From: Antedon mediterranea
Taxonomy: Eukaryota > Animalia > Echinodermata
Assembly: GCF_964355755.1 (NCBI RefSeq)
Contig: NC_092671.1
Span: forward strand, 39,256,304 to 39,320,303
Direction of reading: 5' to 3'
Length of the DNA stretch: 64,000 nucleotides
Shown one piece after another: positions 25,401-36,388 of the stretch (the first letter of the stretch is position 1; every line of letters begins with the position of its first letter). The translations under genes were made by a program, and so were the position numbers. The notes below the pieces were generated by a model, which saw only the letters and a list, made by a program, of their open reading frames with translations, did no database searches and was not told the DNA's origin.

Positions 25401-28400
25401 AGCACCGTCATAACACCTCATTTTTCTTGCTTCAAACATGCTCGCGGTCTCCACCAGAATTCAAAATGGAAAGGCATGTGACCATGGGAATTGTACAATG
25501 GAGCTCTAACCACCAATTTGTGAACTCGTGTATAAAAGAGCTCTAACCAGGAACGCTAAGCAATTTGTGAACTTGTGTATAAAAGAGCTGTAACCAGGAA
25601 AGCTAACCAATTTGTGAACTTGTGTATAAAAGAGCTCTAGCCAGGAAAGCTAACCAATTTGTGAACTTGTGTATAAAAGAGCTTGTTTTGGAGAGTTTTT
25701 TTTCAGTTGATAAACTTTGACACACACCTAATTAGACACGAGCTTTAAACTTTTCAACTTACCTTCAGTACCTCAACTTCTTGTTGTGATGCCGAGGCGT
25801 GATAAGAAAGAACTTCCAGCGCAACTTTCTGAGTTGCCATAGCTTTGGAAACTTCATTAAACATCAACGTATTGTTGATTCCAAGACCACAGAATAACGT
25901 GAATGCCTAGAGAAAAAAATTAGGAATTCTAAAGCTCTGTCTACACTATCAAACTTGACAAAAATGTGCCAAATATGGTAGTGATGCTTAAATATGGTAG
26001 TGATATGACATCATGTCCATTGAGCTTGGGCACATCCAATTTTTTTTGTCAGTGTAGACAGAGCTTTATAATGGTATACCAATGGGGTAAATATTATTCT
26101 ATTATTCAGTAACAAAATCAAAATCATATGAGATAATTACCTACTGTACATAAGACTAAATTTATGTAAATGTAAAAAATCTATATAAAAAAAAATATTA
26201 ACTAACTTTAATTTTTACTGTTTCATTATGATATGCCAGTTTTCAAAAACAATATTTGATAATTTTGTTAATGGACAAATAAAGAGACTATAGATAGATT
26301 ATGTATGATGTCCCCTAAATATAGGGGGTGTCCGATGGAAGGGATTATGCTGTAATTTTCTTTTGAAATTTTTCTTCTTTTTCGTATATATATGGTGTTT
26401 TATTAATTTTATAATATCTCAAACTTCTGTAAAAACAATCAATGTTGATTGAATGAGGGATGCTTTACTCAATCTCGTGAATAAATAAAGTTTATATATA
26501 ACTATACTAAACCTATCAGAAACAGGCATATACATGATATGCCGGTTTTCAAAACAAATTTTTGTTATTTTATAAATGGACAAATAAGATACTATGACTA
26601 TGACTAAACCATTCTTTTTTATGTTCCCATCATACCTCAAATAAGCGTTCATCGTGCTCATCAAATGGAAAGCCATCAGTTCGATTCAGAATCTGAGCAA
26701 CACCTAGAAAGAGACGAAGCAAACAGGCATTGAATCATTTGCAATTTAAGTTTAATTTACAATTGTGTTGAAATGTGTGAAAAATGATTAACATAACATT
26801 TAGCAGAGAATACATCAAGTTGATAATGCTTGTTATATACAGTAATGGTGATACAACTTGACAAGAAGCTTGTACAAGAATAACTATTAAGAAATTATGC
26901 ATCAAGGGTATTTTGGAATACAATTTTATAGGTACTACAAAATCGCATTAATACTTTACTTTACAATACTTTAATATTACATAACCAGTGTCGTAGCCAA
27001 CAGTGTGGTTGGTAAGGTTTCAACATGACCACTTTTTCACAGTGTAGCCTATTTTTGACAACTCTGTAGTGGCTTGAACAGAGATTGTTCCCTTTATGTG
27101 ACATTAAAATGGCATATTAAAAACTTAAAGTAAACAAAATATTTTTTAGGGGGACAATATATCTTCAATAAAAGAAAGAATTAAACCTTCTTATTATAAA
27201 ATCTAGAAACAACTGTAGATATGTGCAGATACGTTTAAATGTCCAGAAGTGATTTAAACAAAAGATAGTCAGCAACGCTAAGTATCACGTTGCAGCCTTT
27301 GGATTGTTGATGAGTTGTCATTATGCATTTTCGTATACACATCAATTAGCGTATTAAAAACGTTTAAAAGCCGTTCGTGGATTGTATGCAAAAACGAAAT
27401 GCAATTCATTCAGTTAAACTGCATTTTAGTTTTTGTAATGCAGATTTTCTGCTTGTATTTATATTATTGGAATGCATTTATCACCATTGATCCAATTATT
27501 TGTTATTATTTGACAGTAACGGAAGGTCGCAACTTTTCAATTTTAATTCTGGTACCTGTGACTACGTCAAATACTATATTGTGTGAAATGTTTTAATAGA
27601 ATCGTTCCTTAAAGATATATTGTCTTCCTGAAAAATAATTGTTTACATTTTTTTTTATATGCCATTTAAATGTCACATAATAGTTATCCACCTTGACAAA
27701 AAACTATTATTATAACCAAAAACCAAGAAGAGATACTGTACTTAAAAGCATGATTGAGGTATCTTAGTATAGTGCTTGCTTACTCATCTTTAACACCACT
27801 GTCGTGTACATCAATTGGCAAATGGCAAAATAGATTGAATAAACTAGTTGAACGGCTTATTGTTGTAATTACTACTTGGTTACAATCATAAGTACACTCA
27901 ATAATGAGAGATAACAATACACTCATGTAAACACGCTTTACGCCAACATATATTGTGTGAATCCAAATTTTCGTTTTTTAAATTATACTGAAGGACAACA
28001 TTTTGTTGAACTTGCCAAATGTTTCATGATGCGTTTTCACAGCATTTTTTCAAGGTAGTGACGAAAATCTAGATTCAAATAATATTGTTGGAAGGAGATG
28101 AATTTTTTCAATTTTAACATATATTGTGTATGGCATTGGCAAATTTTTACACAATTTAATTTTAACTTAATCCTATAGGGAAATGTGAATCTGGAAGGAT
28201 TCGGAACAGGTTATGAAATTTATTCCAAAAATGGTCAGAACTCTAAGATTGACAGAAAATGTATACAGCTGTACTGTGTGGGCAGAGATTTGTTCAGTTT
28301 ATTCTAGAGACAATTTTTTCACTCATAATAAAGGGTCATAAAATGCTTCAACAACCATCACCAATTTTGTTTAGGCTAATACTTTGCATTGTTTTATTTC

Positions 28401-31400
28401 TGCTATTAAGTGTATAATGAATGGTAATGATATTACAGTCCATTTAAAAATACCACGCAGATAATAATATATGCATTGTACGACAGAGACAGAATTGATA
28501 CATGGTTTGCTAATAGCACTTTGTAATCGTACACAATCTAACCTACTTTATGTATACAACTTTATCTTTATGATCACTGTATAATTTATTGCATGTATTA
28601 TATTCCATATCAAATATAAATTTTGTTATGACACACTGGTACCATTTGTTATATTATCAACTTTAATCATACAGGTACTATAAAATGTGAATGTGAACAC
28701 ACAAAGGCAATAGAACCCAGCGTTTATATTGGGCAGATTTGCATGTGCGTGTAGCAGAGTGTGTAGGACAATAGATTACAGATCGTGAGGTTGTGGTTCG
28801 AATCCAACTCTGTTGGACGCTAGATTACAGATCGTGAGGTTGTGGTTCGAATCCAACTCTGTTGGACGGTAGATTCAAGATTCAAGATTCAAGAAATTTT
28901 ATTTGTCCATAAAATGGAAATTCACTTTGCTTGGTAGATTAAAACAACAGTATAGCAACAATTTAAAAACGTGCAGTATGATAACAGATTAAAAATACAA
29001 GATAAAAAGTTAAAAATACTGTTAAAATTGTAAAACTATTAAAAATTGCATTAACGTCTTACATTAGAATTAAAAATATGAATGCTATTTACAACGAAGG
29101 ATTTTCTAGTTCTACAAAGATTTGCTCTCGGAGGTCGTAGCCTAATGCCTGATCTATTTAAGTTATAACAGTAATGTAACGGATGAGTGGGGTCTTTCAT
29201 AATATTGTTAACTTTTTTTAGAATACTCTTTTCATAGATAAATGAACAAGGCGTTAGATCAGCTTTAATAATACGTTGTGCAATTTTACGTGGTCTCTCA
29301 ATATTTTTCTTATCATTTTCAGTAAAGTTACCATAAAAACATCCAATGCTAAAAGATAAAATACTTTGAATAATACTTTGATAAAATAGAATTAAAATAG
29401 TGTTATCAACTCTAATTTGCTTGAGTTTTCTGAGAAAGTAGAGCCTTTGAGATGCCTTCTTGGAAATCATGAGAGAGTTTGACTCCCATTTTAATTTGTT
29501 GTCCATTATAGTACCTAAGTATTTGTATTGGGTTACTCTTTCAACCTCGGTTTCTTTAATAGTTATTACATTATGTTCAACTGCGGTTTTACGAAAATCT
29601 ATTATCATCTCTTTGGTTTTAGTAATATTAAGTATTAAGTTCATATCTTCACACCAATTAACAAATCTTCCAACTTCATTAACAAATTCATTTACATTAT
29701 GCTTACTATCGCAAAGAAAACCACTAATTACAGTATCGTCGGCGTATTTTACAATATTGCAATCTTTACTTAAAATATTAAAACTACTAGAATAAAAAGA
29801 GAACAAAATTGGAGAGATAACACATCCTTGAGGAGCTCCAACACTGATAGATTCTTTGTTGGATAGGATACCATTGCACTTAACCATCTGCGGTCTATTA
29901 ATCAAAAAACTATATATAACTTTGGCAAGCTGAGGTGAGACATTAAAACTTAATAATCTATCAATTAAAACATGTGGTAAAATAGTATTAAAAGCACTGG
30001 AGAAATCGAAAAAAATAGACCGTACATAATTTCTTTTTGAATCAAGGTGATGATATGTATCATGGAGATAAGAATTAACAGCATCGTCAACCCCTCTATT
30101 ATTCTTGTATGCAAATTGATTCTTATCTGCATTACCAATATTTTCCTTAAGTCTAGAAACAATCAACCTTTCTAAGCATTTCATTAAATTTGAAGTAATT
30201 GCAATTGGTCTAAAATCTTTTGGTACACTAGGTTTATTAACTTTAGGCAATGGATTTATGATAGAAGTTTTCCATATGCGTGGAACAGTACCATTTCTAA
30301 AAATAATATTAAAAATATGAGTAAAAATTGGACATAGTTGGATATTGCACACTTTTAAAATTCTGTTTGAAATCCCATCTGGTCCAGTTGCCTTATTGAC
30401 TTTTACACGTGCAAATTCTCTTAAGACCTCGTCTTCATTAACAAGAACATTAGTATTATCATCATAACCAATATTGTTATTATTATTACTAGATGGCACG
30501 CTCGCTTCGCTCGCGTACCATCTAGGGGTGCTCACAGATGGTTCTCGAATACAGTAGAATCCACGGACGGGGACTTTTTTGGGACACTAAACAAAAACGG
30601 AAGTGTCCCCCTAATTGGGGTATTCAGAAATAGAGACAACAAAACCAATACTGGATTCCATAAAGGACAATTAATTTATGTGGATTAAAGAAATTAGGGA
30701 GAAATGGAAATGTATGTACGGGAATTGGGCGGCATGTGGTGGTGGTGATGGAACCGCAGTAATAAAGTTGATTGTATTTATATATTATAAGAACCAAACT
30801 AAATAAATAGACCTAGACATTCTGCGAAATGGAAATCGGAAATGCAAGCTCCTATTCAGTGAAAAATTAAACTGTAGTCTACCTAAAAAATCATCGGTTG
30901 TGGTGTTGAAATTCCTGTAAACATTTGTGTGAACCAAACTGGGTCGAATTTCTGTCATGAGTACTGATTTGTTGGCCTGTGATTTATGACGCCTAAGGGA
31001 TCTATCTAGACTTATTTTTTAGAATAATGTACGTACCTGTCAGATACAATTGTCTTGTGTCGTATAATAAATAAGTACTGTAATAGTTACTGAAGTTACT
31101 ATTACAATCTCGTCAATGAAAACACGAAAATGTATATGCGCTTACTTATGAAAACGTATACAGTATTATACTCAGTTATTGAAACAGTAGGTTTAAAAAA
31201 GTTTCGTTTGTCTGTAAAATGATGTAATCAAGCTGTTTACATGAGTCTTAATTTATAAGCACATAAACTTACATAGAAAGTAGGGTATCATAAATTTGGC
31301 CTTAGCACTCGGGGGAGTGGCTAAGATGAAGTCCGTGGGACTACTAAAATATAAATTGTAATGAACCTCGAGGGACATAAATAGGAATATTTCATGTTTC

Positions 31401-34400
31401 ATTATCAATGTATAATAAATGGAAACTGTTTACCGATTCAAATAATAGAAATTGGTTTTTAACATTTTCCGAACCTATTGCAAGTTTATTCTCAAAGGGC
31501 CCATATATTTACCTACCGTATGTGTTAAACCAAGGGCTCATAAATTTACCTACAGTACTTGTGTTAAACCAAACTCTGGCAGACTGAGAGATTGGGATGT
31601 TCCATTCATCGCAAATCAATACATTTGTATAATCGTATATTAAATCTATCAAAATAGTATTTTTTAAAGAAAATCGGCCTGTCTTCAACATTATGATGGT
31701 GTACTCTAGCAATCTATCAAAATAGTATTTTTTAAAGAAAATCGGCCTGTCTTCAACATTATGATGGTGTACTCTAGCTGTTCAACCGGTTTTCAGCTAT
31801 AAAAAGCAATTATCGTAGGAGGAGATAGGAAAATGCGAAGCCTCCTCGCTATGTAACATTAGGGTTGAGGGATGGGAAAGCGGATAGGTACAAAGAGGAA
31901 CAATTTTTAAATATATTCTTTATCCACTGAGTAACGAAATATTTTGTTCATGTTTTATAGGCCTATAAATAATATACCTCTAAATACAGTAGGCCTAAAA
32001 CATTTGCGATTTAATACTTTGTTAAAACTGTCACTGTCATAATCGATTGAAATATTAAAGTACATGTCACGATACACCACTACGACGTTTATATTTTTGG
32101 TAATTATTAATTAATACAAACGTTGAGAAGGAACTGTCAGTATAAAGTTTATTTGTATATCTAACAGTAGAGCCTATCCACAGTCTCAGTAATAAAGTTT
32201 ATTTGTATATATTTTTATATTACATCTAACAGTACGAACATTCACAGTAAGAAATGTTCGATTCAAATGAAAAATAGTTAATAGGTATTTACAGTATTGT
32301 CAAAGTATTGCAAGTTTATTCTCAAAGGGCCCATATATTTACCTACCGTATGTGTTAAACCAAGGGCTCATAAATTTACCTACAGTACTTGTGTTAAACC
32401 AAACTCTGGCAGACTGAGAGATTGGGATGTTCCATTCATCGCAAATCAATACATTTGTATAATCGTATATTAAATCTATCAAAATAGTATTTTTTAAAGA
32501 AAATCGGCCTGTCTTCAACATTATGATGGTGTACTCTAGCTGTTCAACCGGTTTTCAGCTATTAAAAACAATTATCGTAGGAGGAGATAGAAAAATGCGA
32601 AGCCTCCTCGCATTTTTTTGGCGGGTATTTTTCAAGATGGACATCCATTAGACAGTGTATACCACGATCGGAAAACACCCCTATTTGGGGCAAATCGTTG
32701 AACCTAAATTCGTTTTAATCGTCAATAACTAATTATCTAACTCAATTTAATTAGTAAACAGGGTTACATCAGGCGGTTAAAATCAGTACCGAAAGTACGA
32801 ACCAACTTTACATACCATCGAGTGAAAATTCTAGAAGTAAGGCGCGATTTACCGAATTTTGCCCTTACGTAAATTTATATATAGATATTCATTATCTTTA
32901 AGATTGTTAAGTTTCTCACTGGTAGCCAACATGTCTGTTTCATATTGACCATCATCAAATCTGCAGAAAAATTTGTTTAAGGAGTCCACAAACTTCTTGT
33001 CACATTCACCTACGGTACGTATTTTTTCGGTTTTTCTTTGTAGTCAGTGAGCATATACATTGCCTTCCAGGCCGAACGCGTGTCTTTATCCTTGAAATGT
33101 TTTTCCATTTTAGCTTTATATTTTTGTTTTGCTTTTAATATACTAGCATCAATCTCCTTCTGAATTCGCTTCGCTTCATCTTTCTTACCGGCTGCATATT
33201 CTTTTTTCTTTTTAACTATGAGACATTTCGTTTCATGTAAAAACCATGGCTTGCAATTTGGATACATTTTTGTCTTCCTTATAGGTATAATGGTATCAGC
33301 ACAATAGTTTATGTATGAACAAACAGCATTCACTTCAACATCGATAGAATTTTCGGATTCTGAGAAAACACCCCAGTCCGTAGATTCAAAACAACCCTTT
33401 AGCATATCAATTGCCTCAGTGCTCCAGATCTGCCTTTCTTTGACTACAGGCTTCTGTCTTTTTAAGATTGGCTTGTAGAGTGGTCTTAGAATCACGATGT
33501 TGTGGTCAGAGTTTCCCAATGGGGCACATGTTTTAGCATTATAAGCCTTGGGGATGTTTGAATAACACAGATCCAGAATTGCATTTTCTCGTGTTGGTTG
33601 CTGTACAAATTGTTTAAACGTAGGGAGAACAGTGTTCAGGTTACATTGGTTAAAATCTCCCAGAATGATTTTTACAGCGTCTGGGGAATGCGATTCAATA
33701 TCATTGACCTGCTCAGCAATGTGTTCACACGCGATAGTATAATTTGCACCTGGGTGAATATATACTATAAAAATAAAAATTTGTGGAAATTCGCGCGGTA
33801 AGTAGAAAGGTCTGATCCCAACAGTAAGTAAGTAGATTACAGATCGTGAGGTTGTGGTTCGAATCCAACTCTGTTGGATGCTAGATTACAGATCGTGAGG
33901 TTGTGGTTCGAATCCAACTCTGTTGGATGCTAGATTACAGATCGTGAGGTTGTGATTCGAATCCAACTCTGTTGGACGCTAGATTACAGATCGTGAGGTT
34001 GTGGTTCGAATCCAACTCTCGCCGCATTGCTTGTATCCTTAGGCACGATACTTTACTTAACTTTGCTTCTCTCCACCCAGGTGTATAAATGGGAAACTGA
34101 TTAGATCAAGACACAACTTTGCGCTGATTACTAGCTGCATTATGGGAGTATGTTTCCATACGTTTTGATCCAAAAAACTGTCCGGGGTAATAATGCTTCT
34201 AAAGCACCTTTGACTATGATTACTCATGAAAAGGGTTCTATATAAATGTGGTATTATTGAGTTTATTTTTACTTAAATTAAATTTAACAAGTTGTTCCAC
34301 ATGCAGCCTAGAAAGTTTAAAATAATTTATTCATAATATATAGATATTTTTCTTTCATACCGTTTATATTTTATGTGTGAAAAACTTTCCTGAAACCTGA

Positions 34401-36350
34401 AAATTTGAATCTTTTAAACTTTAAATGTTTTCAGTTTGTTTGAACAATTTGGTGATAGAAAAGTAGTTCCCACTTAGGATTGTGGGTTTAAAGAGTGAAG
34501 TTTGAGGCAACAGTGTCCTCATCTCTTTATAAGATTAAATTTAATGTATACATAATTTTGTCATGTGTTACTGTTAGAAATCGTGGCAATTGATATAAAA
34601 ATGACTGTCCTTAATGGAGGTCTCACCAAAACTAAAGCTCTATTTACACTATCATACTAGTTTGACAAAAAAGGTGTGATATGCCCATATATGATATTGA
34701 TATGCCCAAATATGGTAGTAGTATGACATCATCATGTCCATATATGGGCACATCACATTTGTTTGTCGCATAAAGTTTGATAGTGTAGACAGAGCTTTAC
34801 AAAATAACTCAGAAATACTAAAATGAATGTGTGACTGCAATGACGTCAAAGAATCACACCACAAACTCATCTATTTAATTTACAAAATAAACCAAAACAG
34901 ATGATGAAAATAATTGATTAAAATAACTACCTAATTGAATCTTATATTTGGTGATTGGACGACGAGGGCAGGTGGGTGAATCAGTAGTTAATTAGACTTT
35001 AACTGAGCAATTGAAGTAATGTGCAAAATAATACAATCATTAAAAAAAAAAGTATGACTGCAGCGATTAAATGAATTGTTTGCTACTGACTATCTTATCT
35101 TAATTGTCAATGCATTGATTACACCTGAACCACAAACAATCAGTAGCTAATATAGCACCACAGAATTTGAACTAAACAGTCATGTTAATTGAATGAATAT
35201 ATTTATTTTTAAATTACTAGGAAAGGTACCAGCACCCAACGTGGTTAAGCTTTTTTTTTTTTTTCATGTTTACTCTTATGTCCGAAAAAGAAATGATGAT
35301 GGCGGTTTGTGGGGAGGCTCCCACCGGAATAGTTCATGGACTATACCATTAGTGGAGAGGGGTGTTCAATGAAACTTTCTACTTTTCGAGTTATATTTCA
35401 CTCTTCAAGGAGAAAGGGCTATTGTTGGTTTATCCATGTAAGCTAGGCACGAAATAGACTTAAAATTAATTCTGTCGGTCAAAAATAATTTATTTCTTTT
35501 TAAATTTTTCCCTTTTACCTACAGTAGTACAATTACAGCACAGTTATTTCGATATGTGTATGTGTGCAAAAAGAACAAACGCTCTCTCTTATTATATAGA
35601 TGTTAGTAATGATTCTTAATTCTTACCAATAATTTTTGTATTATTGTCCCTGATTGGCAGACAGAGGATAGACTTGGTACGAAATCCAGACGAATGGTCT
35701 ATGTTGAAGCGCGTATCGGTTTCTGCGTCAATAACGTTCACGTTCTCACCGGTCATCGCTACATGTTCTACAATCCCATTGGTCAGTTTGGCATCCCCAG
35801 TGTGGCATATTGGATTTGAGTGACCATTGCATAAAGAATTTGTCATATCAAATACTTTAGAAAATGTAACCTTCTGCAAAGAAAAACAAAATTAGATTAT
35901 AATATAAACATCTGCATATCAAGCAGGCGGTCCGAGTTTGAGTCTCGGTTGGGACGACTTTTTCTCATTCTCACAGATTTCCTCATCTTTATCGTTTCAA
36001 ATTAATTAATTAAATTTCAGTATATCATTAATGTTCTTTGCCTGATTTGTTTATGTATCAATTTGATCTCTGTTGCGTGTGCGTACAACTGAGGACTAGT
36101 GCTGTTCCGCCGTACCACGCCGAGAATGTTAAAGAGTCGCTATTCAATCGAGTTCGAACAATACTATGAAAGCCCCAGTGGTCTAATGGTTAGGACATCT
36201 GCATATCAAGCAGGCGGTCCGAGTTCGAGTCTCGGTTGGGGCGACTTTTTCTCATTCTCACAGATTTCCTCATCTTTATCGTTTCAAATTAATTAATTAA
36301 ATTTCAGTATATCACCGGGCGGTTTAGAATTAATGTTCTTTGCCTGTTGT

Positions 36351-36388
<38 letters not shown>

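Larger units (their letters stand above)
28876..33831 (-). mobile_element. 5'-truncated Rex1/Babar-like (CR1/L2 group) non-LTR retrotransposon, disrupted
   Basis: APE endonuclease end ([40 protein letters not shown]), linker ([14 protein letters not shown]), RT ([61 protein letters not shown]) and a 3' (TCTTGAA)n tail. A frameshift lies near 33012 and a Helitron is inserted at 30489-32885. gtagatt is repeated at both ends. Confidence 0.9.
28745..34260 (+). mobile_element. tRNA-derived SINE with an internally amplified 49-bp B-box unit, split by a LINE insertion
   Basis: The unit tagattacagatcgtgaggttgtggttcgaatccaactctgttggacgc occurs twice at 28772-28869 and four times at 33833-34019. The body at 34020-34260 matches the intact SINE at 41121-41410. 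Confidence 0.8.

Noticed and set aside
30489-30535. Helitron-derived start giving a standalone 494-aa RT protein
   Set aside because: The start is GTG within the Helitron hairpin. The open frame is best explained by the insertion junction, with no sign of a promoter or domestication.
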